Positions 16,037-24,151 of a stretch of DNA of 32,000 nt are shown piece by piece. The translations under genes were made by a program, and so were the position numbers. Origin of the DNA: an uncultured archaeon. Its GTDB lineage: Archaea > Micrarchaeota > Micrarchaeia > Micrarchaeales > CABMGC01. Under the pieces are notes generated by a model that was given only the letters and a program-made list of their open reading frames with translations, was not told where the DNA came from and made no database searches. The stretch is taken from contig OY969902.1 of NCBI GenBank assembly GCA_963704435.1, positions 240,001 through 272,000 of the forward strand, given 5' to 3'. Every line of letters starts with the position of its first letter. The first letter of the stretch is position 1.

Positions 16037-16333
16037 TTGGGATCCACTTTCACCATCGGCAGGATAATGCTGAAGCGGACGCTCATTGCGCTCGGCATGA
16101 GCGAGAAGAGCGTGGACGAGCTGCTCGCGGAGCTAAACAAGACGCACAGGCACGCCAACGCGGTGGCGTTCGCGGGCTCCCTGCAGAGGCTGGGGCTCAA
16201 GCAGGAGGACATCGTAAACGTGCTCAGGAGGATAGGCATAGACGACATAACTATATCCAGCATCTTCAACGTCGTGGACGAGGAGAGGATAAAGAGCGCT
16301 TACGGGAGGGTCGTCGAGATATACATTCAATAG
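16037..16333 (+). CDS. Small helical protein with three L-x2-(L/I)G(M/L/I)-type hairpin motifs
   Basis: It lies 8 nt after the ATPase stop. The motifs are LIALGMSEKSVDELL, LQRLGLKQEDIVNVL and LRRIGIDDITISSIF. The listed start is TTG at 16037. ATG at 16067 (MLKRTL...) is more likely. Confidence 0.5.
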   Translation: MGSTFTIGRIMLKRTLIALGMSEKSVDELLAELNKTHRHANAVAFAGSLQRLGLKQEDIVNVLRRIGIDDITISSIFNVVDEERIKSAYGRVVEIYIQ

Positions 16334-16335
16334 GC

Positions 16336-16701
16336 GTGTGCATGGCGAAGACATACTGCATGATCTGCGGGAAGGAGAAGGGCGGGATAGCCGTCGAGGA
16401 GGACTACGTCCTCGGCGCGATAAGGTGGTTCAAGAGCAACGTCACCAGGAACGAGAAGGGGAACCGTCTGGTCGTGTGCAGGGACTGCTACGCGCAGTAC
16501 AAGAAGGAGAGGAAGAGGTACGAGTCCAGGCAGGTCGTCTACGCGGTGCTCGGCGTGCTTTTCTTCGTCGTGAGCGTGGCGATGTTCCCGAGGGCGACCA
16601 CTGTCGCCGTATCCATCGGGGTCTGCGCGCTCCTGTACCTCTTTTCGCTGATGAGCTACGTGCCCAGGGTATCTCAAAGACCGCAGCAGCGCAATCAATA
16701 A
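16336..16701 (+). CDS. Zinc-ribbon protein with a C-terminal two-helix TM hairpin
   Basis: CMICGKE...x34...CRDCYAQY supplies four Cys in CxxC pairs. Two hydrophobic helices follow: VVYAVLGVLFFVVSVAMF and VAVSIGVCALLYLFSLMSYV. The likely true start is ATG at 16342 (MAKTYC...). Confidence 0.6.
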   Translation: MCMAKTYCMICGKEKGGIAVEEDYVLGAIRWFKSNVTRNEKGNRLVVCRDCYAQYKKERKRYESRQVVYAVLGVLFFVVSVAMFPRATTVAVSIGVCALLYLFSLMSYVPRVSQRPQQRNQ

Positions 16702-16734
16702 ATACGTTGATAGAGATAGAAGGACGTGAGTTAG

Positions 16735-17463
16735 TTGCCCGAAGAAGAGACCGAGGTGGAGCCCAAGATCGAGAGGGTGGAGTTTCCGGGCAAGCTCAAC
16801 GGTACGGTCTCTGCCGTGAAGGACAAGGTCGCGCAGATGCCCTTCTACAACTTCCGCGAGGCGGAGGGCGGCATAGACATAGTCAGGGTCGAGAGCAGGA
16901 ACGTGCGCAAGAAGCCCTTCCTCTTCTACATAATAACGGTCAAGCCTGACGCGCTCACGCTCACCTATTCCATAGTGCCTGGGAGCAGCGACAGGCTCAG
17001 GAGGGCGGTCGTGATAAAGAACCTTGCCTCGATACTGTCGGTGATATCGGACAGCTTCGCCATAGAGGAGGGCAAGTTCTTCCAGTACGTCGATTCGGTG
17101 CTCGATAGCCTGATAAACGGCATGTCGCAGGGGTACAGCACGCTGTTCAACAAGTACGACGCGGTCGCCGGGGAGTACGCGGAGCTGAAGAAGCTGGCCA
17201 ACGACCTCGCGATGTCCAACAAGAACCTAACGACCCAGACCAGCCAGCTGAGCGAGGAGAACAAGACGCTCAACGAGCAGCTCATGTCGCTGCAGACCTA
17301 CTCGGACGACGCGCTGATGGGCATGGTGGAGGACTGGATAGAGGTGCACAGCAGCGCGATAGACGTCGGGGAGTTCTCCAAGACCTACAAGGTCCCGGAG
17401 CCCAGGATCGAGCAGATACTCGACAAGATGGTCGCCGCGGGCTACATAGAGCTCAAGGGTTGA
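16735..17463 (+). CDS. Hypothetical protein with a central coiled coil and a C-terminal winged-helix-like segment
   Basis: Heptad-like stretch EYAELKKLANDLAMSNKNLTTQTSQLSEENKTLNEQLMSLQ. The C-terminus IDVGEFSKTYKVPEPRIEQILDKMVAAGYIELKG resembles a wHTH. TTG start. Confidence 0.55.
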   Translation: MPEEETEVEPKIERVEFPGKLNGTVSAVKDKVAQMPFYNFREAEGGIDIVRVESRNVRKKPFLFYIITVKPDALTLTYSIVPGSSDRLRRAVVIKNLASILSVISDSFAIEEGKFFQYVDSVLDSLINGMSQGYSTLFNKYDAVAGEYAELKKLANDLAMSNKNLTTQTSQLSEENKTLNEQLMSLQTYSDDALMGMVEDWIEVHSSAIDVGEFSKTYKVPEPRIEQILDKMVAAGYIELKG

Positions 17464-17473
17464 GGCTGGGCGC

Positions 17474-17626
17474 ATGAGATACAACGTGACCGTGAACAAG
17501 AAGTACAGGCACGTGAAGGTGTACCGCATCGTAAAGCGGCTCAACGAGAGCACCAACCCGCTCTCCGCGGCTTTCGCCTCCCTGGTCGACAGGTTCGTGA
17601 GCTCAAGGTCCAAGAGGTCGGGATGA
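17474..17626 (+). CDS. Unlisted 50-aa basic ORF (MRYNVTVNKKYRHVKVYRIVKRLNESTNPLSAAFASLVDRFVSSRSKRSG)
   Basis: Translated by hand; it falls below the ORF-track length cutoff. ATG at 17474 is 10 nt after the previous stop. Its TGA (17624-17626) overlaps the ATG (17623-17625) of the next gene in an ATGA arrangement, suggesting translational coupling. Confidence 0.4.
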   Translation: MRYNVTVNKKYRHVKVYRIVKRLNESTNPLSAAFASLVDRFVSSRSKRSG

Positions 17627-19974
17627 TGAGACTAAGGACCGCGATAATCGCCGTCGTCGTCTTCGCAGTGCTGTTCTCCGCGCTCGTGCTCTACATAAGG
17701 TCCCTCGCGAGCAGCTTCGTCCCCTACGTCACTCCCGCCGCGCCCGGCCCGGTATCGCTGCAGGCGCACGTCAACACGAGCAGGATGATAACCTACAACG
17801 ACACCCACAACCTCGCGGACTACGCGCTCGTGTCATACTCGCTGAGGAACGCGACGAACGCGATCGTGACGCTGGCCGCCTACACTCGGAACCCAATGCC
17901 GCGGATATACCTGCTCAACGTCAGCGCGTACTGCCTGTCATGCTTCAGCTCGGACTACCTAAGTTCGATCCTCCGCTCGGACCTGGCGCAGTACGGGATC
18001 ATAAAGAACGCAACCAGCTTCAGCTACGTCAATGTCACCAACGCGGGCAGCATACCCCGGAACTCGATCGTGATAGTGCCATCCGGCGTACTGCCCCGCC
18101 CGCTCATCGGGAGCTCAAACGCTAGCGTCTTCGCGATGCTGAACAGGGGAGATACGATAATCTTCGCAGGCAGGAACTTCTCGAGCAGGTCGATAGACCT
18201 CAACAGCCTGGTGTACGTTGATTCAGCGAGCGTCATCTCGCAGTTCCTCTCATTCGGCATAGCCGAGGCCCCGTTCACGAACGCGGTCAACAAGTCATTC
18301 ATACCCGCGAACATGAGCTTCCGAGGCCAGACCACGGTGCTGGTCGGAGGGAGGCAGTACGGGAACGCGACCTTCATCAACTCGGCAAACGGAACGGTAA
18401 TAACTTTCACGAACTATCCCACGTCCGGATGGAACAGCGCCCAGGATATGGCGAACGACATCTCCAGCGCCGTGAATTCGAGGTTCTGGATCCCGAACCC
18501 CGGGCGCGGCGGGACGTCATTCGCGGTCGGCGCGAACGGCATAGGCAACGTAGGCGCGGTCGCGATCCTTTCCAGCGTCGTGAACAGCACGAGCATCGGC
18601 AGGATCGCGAACGGAACTTACTCCTTGGTGTCGGTGGCCGCAAGGGGCCCCGGCGGCACCGCGATGGAGGAGTTTGCCTTCCGGAACCAGTACGCGTGGA
18701 AGGGCCTCGTGGGCGTGCAGTCCGTGGCAGGGGAGCGTCAGAACATCCCGCTGACCGTCTTGGTGAACGGAAATCCGAACGCCAACACCAGCGTCCTTCT
18801 GCATCTCGACATGTACGACAAGAACATGAGCTACGTGGGCACGATACCGCTCGCGTTCGTGCTCGTGGGCAGCGAGGTCGTGCAGTACAGGTCGTTCGCC
18901 TTCCCCAGCGGCTACTACCTGATGGAGCTCAAGGACTTCAGCAACAACCTCTACTCCGAGGCGCTCTTCTATCTCACGAACGTGACCTTGAACGCCACCT
19001 CGCTGGACTTCAAGAACGCCACCTTCTCGTTCAGCGCGTTCAGCAATGGCCTTCCGATAACCAACACTACCTACTCCATAAGCATAAACGGGGCGTACAG
19101 CAGCTCCGGCATAGTCAGGAACGGGACGTTCGACTATTCGCTCCCGAAGGGGACGATAGTCAACTACGGCAACGAGGTGTTCCGCATAATGATGTTCAAC
19201 ACCAACTACACCGTATCCGAGCAGTACCAGCAGAACATACTCCACATCCCACCGATATACATCGAGTTCGCAATCGCGATAATCGTCGTGGTGCTCCTGA
19301 ACCTCATCCTCAGGCCGCCCCTGAGGGACGAGTACTACATAGACGTTCCCGAGTTCCCGCCATCCAAGGCAGAGAAGGTCGGCGTGCAGTCGGGATCGGT
19401 GCTCGGCGTCTTCGACAAGGTGAACTACTACTACCGCTGGACCTACATGCCGCTCACCGTCGGTGAGATAAGGCTGGGGATAAACAACAACATAAGGGCC
19501 AATAACATGCCCGTGGCCGTGACTACGCAGAACGCCAACATAGTGCTGGCTAAGCTCGTCATGGACGGCAAGCTCGTGAGCTCCGGGGAGTACTATGCGC
19601 CGAAGGCGTGGGTGGACTCGTCGAAGCACAGCATAGACTACCTGGTAATATTCAGGAAGCTGAGGGACTACTGCGTCTCGCACGCCATACTGTTCACGGA
19701 CCTGGACTCCGACAAGACGGAGGACATGCTCGTGACCAAGGACGGCAGGCGGAGCGGCGTCTTCATATCCGCGCCCGGGTCGAAGACGAAGAGCATCCCG
19801 CTCTCGAACGACTCGAAGAGCTTCCTGGTCTTCCTGGACGACGCCGCGAGGCAGGATTTCGTAAAGAGCCTGTACACGTCGCTGGGCAAGGAGGCGGAGA
19901 TGCTGAAGCTGGGCATAGAGTACAACTACATAAGGCTGGTCGACTGCGATCACCTGGACCAGCTGGAACTCTAG
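17623..19974 (+). CDS. Large bitopic membrane protein: N-terminal TM, about 530-aa sequon-rich ectodomain, second TM, about 220-aa cytoplasmic domain
   Basis: First TM is TAIIAVVVFAVLFSALVLYI. More than 20 N-x-S/T sequons follow. Second TM is IYIEFAIAIIVVVLLNLIL. The soluble C-terminal region has no recognised motif. Confidence 0.7.
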   Translation: MMRLRTAIIAVVVFAVLFSALVLYIRSLASSFVPYVTPAAPGPVSLQAHVNTSRMITYNDTHNLADYALVSYSLRNATNAIVTLAAYTRNPMPRIYLLNVSAYCLSCFSSDYLSSILRSDLAQYGIIKNATSFSYVNVTNAGSIPRNSIVIVPSGVLPRPLIGSSNASVFAMLNRGDTIIFAGRNFSSRSIDLNSLVYVDSASVISQFLSFGIAEAPFTNAVNKSFIPANMSFRGQTTVLVGGRQYGNATFINSANGTVITFTNYPTSGWNSAQDMANDISSAVNSRFWIPNPGRGGTSFAVGANGIGNVGAVAILSSVVNSTSIGRIANGTYSLVSVAARGPGGTAMEEFAFRNQYAWKGLVGVQSVAGERQNIPLTVLVNGNPNANTSVLLHLDMYDKNMSYVGTIPLAFVLVGSEVVQYRSFAFPSGYYLMELKDFSNNLYSEALFYLTNVTLNATSLDFKNATFSFSAFSNGLPITNTTYSISINGAYSSSGIVRNGTFDYSLPKGTIVNYGNEVFRIMMFNTNYTVSEQYQQNILHIPPIYIEFAIAIIVVVLLNLILRPPLRDEYYIDVPEFPPSKAEKVGVQSGSVLGVFDKVNYYYRWTYMPLTVGEIRLGINNNIRANNMPVAVTTQNANIVLAKLVMDGKLVSSGEYYAPKAWVDSSKHSIDYLVIFRKLRDYCVSHAILFTDLDSDKTEDMLVTKDGRRSGVFISAPGSKTKSIPLSNDSKSFLVFLDDAARQDFVKSLYTSLGKEAEMLKLGIEYNYIRLVDCDHLDQLEL

Positions 19975-20003
19975 GGATTGTTCTTAGATGGCGACTCTAC
20001 CTC

Positions 20004-21593
20004 TCAGGACTGCTGTTCCTTCTCCTCCTTGGCCTTAAGCAGGTCCTTGTACTTCTTGTCCACCAGCGCCTTGAGTTCTACCTCTATCTTTTTCCTGTCG
20101 TCCCCGGTTATGTCGCTGAGGTCCCCGGACAGCTGGCTGACGTACCTGACTATCATGCTGTAGCTGCTCTCCTGCAGGTTCCTGTGCCTCTCTCCACTGA
20201 GGTACCTCTCGAGCTTCCTGCCTGCGTCCATCACCGCGAGCTTTATCTCCTCGACGATCTCCTCGTTCTGCGCTATCGCCTGCTTCCCGACGCCCGAGTA
20301 GGGTATGTACACCGATGACACGTTGACGAGCACGCTGACCGGCTCCTCGTCGAACTTCGCTATCGAGTAGCGCTTCCAGTCCACCCCCCCAATCGCCTCG
20401 GTTATCGCGCAGCTGCCCGTGTCGAACAGCAGCGGCACCTTGTTCGCGAACCGTAGCACGTTGCCAGAGACCATCTGGCCGTTCGCCTTGCCCGCCTTTC
20501 CGCCGTAGGCTATGCCCACCTCGACCACGAAGGGTATCCCTCCCTTGAATACCTTCGGCTTGCGCTCCACCACGCTCAGGAACGTCGGGTCGAGTATGTT
20601 CTTCATCGCGATCTCTATCTGGCTCTCCCCTATCGTCGAAAGCGAGTCGAGTTCCGGAGCGATCCACTTCACCTGCCCAAACGCGTTCACTATGCGCTCG
20701 GCCTCCGCCCAGGTCAGCGCCCTCGGCTCCTTCTCGAAGTCGACGTCCTTCGCGATGGCCGCGAGCTCCTTCACCTTCTCCTGCGACACCCTAGAGAACG
20801 TCTCCACGAGCAGCGAGGAAACCTTCCTGCTGCTGCTCATCCTCGCGAAATCGAGAAGGTCGCTCGCCCCTATGCCGAGTGGATGGGGCTTTATCAGCTT
20901 CGCCCTCTTGGGCATCTCCTCTACGGATCTCGGGAAGGCAACCTCATTCCCGTCGGGCTCCACAAGCCTTATGCTGATGTGCGGGTTGGAGAGCGCCGTC
21001 CTCCTTATGTACTCGTAGACTCCGTGGTCGCTCTTCTCGTACTTCACGTCGCCGAACTCGCCGTAGACCGACAGCCCGCGGAACTCTCGCGGCACCGGGG
21101 TCACCTCGCTGATTATGGGCTTGTTGGACCTTATGTCCACGCTGAGGTTGCACTCGAACTGATCCTTCCCCGTGCCCGACTTGACGTGTATGCCCTTGCC
21201 TGTTGTTATGAGCGCGAAAAGCGTGCAGCCCCCGGCCCCTATGCCCTGCTGCCCCCTCTGCTGCATGTACCTGTGGAACTTCGTTCCGGAAAGGACTGAC
21301 GCTAGCGCCTTGCCTACTATGCCCTTGGGTATCCCAGGGCCGTTGTCCGTGACGCCGATGCCGTACTTGTTCTCCGAGATTTCCTTCACGACGACGTCTA
21401 TGCTCGGCAGTATGTTCGCCTCCTCGCAGGCATCGAGCGAGTTCGTGACGTACTCGTGCACCACGGTCGTCAGCGACCTGACCTTCCCGGAGTAGCCGAG
21501 CATCTGGCTGTTCTTCCGGAAGAACTCGGTTATGGAGTGCTCCCTGAACTCCTTGAATATCTCCTCTGAAGACTTTACCTCCTCTTGCGCCAA
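20004..21593 (-). CDS. top6B: DNA topoisomerase VI subunit B
   Basis: FREHSITEFFRKNSQMLGYSGKVRSLTTVVHEYVTNSLDACEEA is the Bergerat/GHKL N-box region. DNGPGIP is the G1 box. The length (529 aa) and the rest of the sequence are typical of Top6B. No top6A gene is adjacent. Confidence 0.9.
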   Translation of the reverse strand: MAQEEVKSSEEIFKEFREHSITEFFRKNSQMLGYSGKVRSLTTVVHEYVTNSLDACEEANILPSIDVVVKEISENKYGIGVTDNGPGIPKGIVGKALASVLSGTKFHRYMQQRGQQGIGAGGCTLFALITTGKGIHVKSGTGKDQFECNLSVDIRSNKPIISEVTPVPREFRGLSVYGEFGDVKYEKSDHGVYEYIRRTALSNPHISIRLVEPDGNEVAFPRSVEEMPKRAKLIKPHPLGIGASDLLDFARMSSSRKVSSLLVETFSRVSQEKVKELAAIAKDVDFEKEPRALTWAEAERIVNAFGQVKWIAPELDSLSTIGESQIEIAMKNILDPTFLSVVERKPKVFKGGIPFVVEVGIAYGGKAGKANGQMVSGNVLRFANKVPLLFDTGSCAITEAIGGVDWKRYSIAKFDEEPVSVLVNVSSVYIPYSGVGKQAIAQNEEIVEEIKLAVMDAGRKLERYLSGERHRNLQESSYSMIVRYVSQLSGDLSDITGDDRKKIEVELKALVDKKYKDLLKAKEEKEQQS

Positions 21594-21597
21594 TCCG

Positions 21598-22101
21598 TCA
21601 CCTTCCGTTCTCCCGTTTCTTCATCTTCTCCATTATGGTGTATGCCTTTTTGTGCGTTCCGCCATCCAGCAGCACGTCCAGTGCAGAGCGCATTATCCTG
21701 AGCTCCTCGATCGTGCCTATCATGCTCACAGTGTCCCCGTAGACCACCATGTCCGCCCCGCTGACCGCCTGCATGTAGCTCTTGGTCCGTCCCTCGCTCC
21801 CTATTATCCTCGCCTTTATCCTCCTCACGTGGTCATCGTTCTTGAACATCGTCTTCAGGTCCACGGACTCGAAGAAGTAGTCCTCGGACAGGAGCTTGTA
21901 GGCCTTGTGTATGTCGAACCCCCTGCCGAACGCAAGCAGGACGTTCTTCGCATTGTACTCATCGTACGCCTCTCCGGTTATCACTACTTCGTTGCCGTCT
22001 CGAACCTCTATGCCGCACGCTAGGCGCTCGCTTATCGAGTCCAGGAGCGCGCGGTCTTCGAGTAGCTTGGCCCTCCTTGCAGGCATCAGGAACTGCTGCA
22101 T
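21598..22101 (-). CDS. KH-domain RNA-binding protein, aDim2/Pno1-like (COG1094-type)
   Basis: AYDEYNAKNVLLAFGRGFDIHKAYKLL, then RRIKARIIGSEGRTKSYMQAVSGADMVVYGDTVSMIGTIEE...ALDVLLDGGTHKKAY. This matches the two-KH pattern of archaeal Dim2-like proteins. It ends 4 nt upstream of top6B. Confidence 0.7.
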   Translation of the reverse strand: MQQFLMPARRAKLLEDRALLDSISERLACGIEVRDGNEVVITGEAYDEYNAKNVLLAFGRGFDIHKAYKLLSEDYFFESVDLKTMFKNDDHVRRIKARIIGSEGRTKSYMQAVSGADMVVYGDTVSMIGTIEELRIMRSALDVLLDGGTHKKAYTIMEKMKKRENGR

Positions 22102-22217
22102 CCAATCACAAAACCAAAATCAGGCTAAGACATATTGCCTCGCCGAGACTTTTATATCTTCGTCTTGCGAGGGCAATTCCTTAATAACCTGTTTTGCCAT
22201 AGAGGATAGGGAGTAAA

Positions 22218-23132
22218 ATGAACATTGTCATCGCGGTTCCGGTGGACGAGAACTTCGCGGCATTCATAGGCAAGAAGGGCTCCGCAAACAGCATCACGTT
22301 CTACAACCGGAAGCAGGAGGGCGACATGATAGTCGCGCTGTTCCCCGGCCAGGAGGACGAGAAAGTGCACGCGCTTGCCCAGTCGCTGCTGGTGGCGCAC
22401 AAGATCGTGATCAGCACGGCCGCAGTCGACAAGAGGTTCGGGGAGGCGCTCATCGCAGCGTCGCTGCTCGAGAAGCCAATCATACTCACGAACGACAACG
22501 ACGTTGAGGCCATACTCAAGGGTTCGGGGATCTCGAACTGCAGGATCGTGCCCAAGGAGGGGCTTTTCGAGGCGATACGCGAAGGCTCGGACCTGGCCCC
22601 CGAAGTGGACGGGAGCGATGTCAGGGTGGACATAGACAAGGCGTTCCCTGTGAGGGGCATAGGCACCGTTGCGCTGGGCATAGTGACCCGCGGAGTCGTG
22701 AAGCAGCACGAGAAGCTCTACCACTCTTCAGGAAAGCAGGTGGCTGTGCGGTCTCTGCAGAGCCACGACGAAGACGTGACCTCCGCAGGCGTAGGCACCC
22801 GCGTGGGCATCTCACTCAAGGACATCGGTGACGATGAGATAAGCAAGGGCGACTTGCTGACATCGATCGCTCCAGTAAGGAAGTCGAGGAAGATCGTGAT
22901 CGATGCGAAGCAGAGCGCGGTCGCGAAGGAATCCGTCTCGGAAGGGTCGTCGTACAGGATTGCTCAGAACTTTTCCTCGAGCGATTGCATAGTGACCGGG
23001 ATCCACGGAAACGATATCGAGGTCGAACTGAGCGCACCGATGCCTGTGGAGAAGGGTGACGAGGTATTCCTGATAAGGAAGGCGGTTCCCAGGCTGTTTG
23101 CGTCAGGCAGGGTTAAGGAAGCCTCTGCGTGA
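22218..23132 (+). CDS. EF-Tu/SelB-like protein with a degenerate G domain (translational-GTPase paralogue lacking a P-loop)
   Basis: A clear EF-Tu domain II is present: DKAFPVRGIGTVALGIVTRGVVKQHEKLY...VRSLQSHDEDVTSAGVGTRVGISLKDIGDDEISKGDLL. The N-terminal 140 aa has no GxxxxGK(S/T), DxxG or NKxD motif. Confidence 0.65.
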   Translation: MNIVIAVPVDENFAAFIGKKGSANSITFYNRKQEGDMIVALFPGQEDEKVHALAQSLLVAHKIVISTAAVDKRFGEALIAASLLEKPIILTNDNDVEAILKGSGISNCRIVPKEGLFEAIREGSDLAPEVDGSDVRVDIDKAFPVRGIGTVALGIVTRGVVKQHEKLYHSSGKQVAVRSLQSHDEDVTSAGVGTRVGISLKDIGDDEISKGDLLTSIAPVRKSRKIVIDAKQSAVAKESVSEGSSYRIAQNFSSSDCIVTGIHGNDIEVELSAPMPVEKGDEVFLIRKAVPRLFASGRVKEASA

Positions 23133-23163
23133 TTCGGCCTAAAACGGCAATCTGCTTGAGCGA

Positions 23164-24000
23164 TCACCGCACAAGGTTCTTTACCGCATCAGACAGTGGA
23201 ACGTTAAGATCTGTCGCGGGCTTTTCGAGCATGACGAATTCGTATTCCGACTCCTTTAGAAGCAGGCCCTGCGCCATCCCGTCTACGATCTGGCCATTCA
23301 TGTGTTCCCCTTTGTCTTTCTGCGCAGGTATGAAGACCCTGCGTTCATATTTGTGCGGGACCCCGTGCTCTGCGCTCTTCTTTTCAGGTATCCACTTATT
23401 CTCCACGTAAGTGACACTGACGTTGCTGTGCTGCTTTGTCAGGCGTCCTATGATCTCGCGACCAAATTCCGTCTGCATGCTGAAAGCGGTTCCCCTGTCG
23501 TCTCTTTCCCTGCCCCTTTTTTCGGCGGAGTCCACGAGCACTGCGATTATTTCATTGAGCTCCCCGAGTTCAGCCAAGTGTGCGGGATACCTGCTTCCAA
23601 GCGTGCGCAGGAAATTCGCATAGATTTCGTTCAATCTCTCGGCATCGAGCTTCCTCTCCGATGCGTGGTGCGAGGATCTTTTCATGATCCGCTGCAGTTC
23701 TATTTTACCATCCACTCCTATCCCGATGTGGCTAGGATAGGAAAAGGTTGCGTCAGAGCGTTCGCTTCCATCTATGAAGTAGACGCGCAAGTTCGTCTTT
23801 ATTCCGGAAAGCTCAGACAGGCTCCTGCTAAGGCTTTCAACATACCACGGTATGAAACTCGAATTTATATCGATTCCGAGAGTTGCTTCTGGCGCAGTGC
23901 CATAGCGCGCGCTTTCGTATGCTGAGCGCTTCAGCTCAGTGAATATCTGTACGGGCGACTTGTGCTCGACGAGCACGCTGACTTCAGTAGGACTAGACAT
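23164..24000 (-). CDS. Hypothetical protein (278 aa) at the edge of the low-GC island
   Basis: Long ORF with intermediate GC. No family recognised. It is convergent with the EF-Tu-like gene (31-bp gap). Confidence 0.55.
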   Translation of the reverse strand: MSSPTEVSVLVEHKSPVQIFTELKRSAYESARYGTAPEATLGIDINSSFIPWYVESLSRSLSELSGIKTNLRVYFIDGSERSDATFSYPSHIGIGVDGKIELQRIMKRSSHHASERKLDAERLNEIYANFLRTLGSRYPAHLAELGELNEIIAVLVDSAEKRGRERDDRGTAFSMQTEFGREIIGRLTKQHSNVSVTYVENKWIPEKKSAEHGVPHKYERRVFIPAQKDKGEHMNGQIVDGMAQGLLLKESEYEFVMLEKPATDLNVPLSDAVKNLVR

Positions 24001-24096
24001 TACAGGGCTTTAGAGTGGTGTACTGCTCCTCTGTCATGCAACTCACGTAACTATTCCTTTGCATGGCCACATATTTATGCCTTGCGTGTGGGCCAG

Positions 24097-24149
24097 CTTT
24101 GTCCATAAAGTCCCTCTTGTCCATAAAGTGTCAATCTTGTCCATAAAGT
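24097..24149. repeat. Three direct copies of (C)TTGTCCATAAAGT spaced 18 and 20 bp apart
   Basis: Copies lie at 24099-24111, 24117-24129 and 24137-24149; the first is preceded by an extra T. They sit between the type IIG stop (24152) and the start of the 278-aa gene (24000), exactly at the GC step. Confidence 0.8.
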
Positions 24150-24151
24150 CG

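Noticed and set aside
23993-24106. 37-codon minus-strand ORF (MDKAGPHARHKYVAMQRNSYVSCMTEEQYTTLKPCNV) starting inside the first TTGTCCATAAAGT repeat.
   Set aside because: It is short, has no motif and overlaps the start of the 278-aa gene out of frame. The ATG arises simply because each repeat contains CAT on the plus strand.
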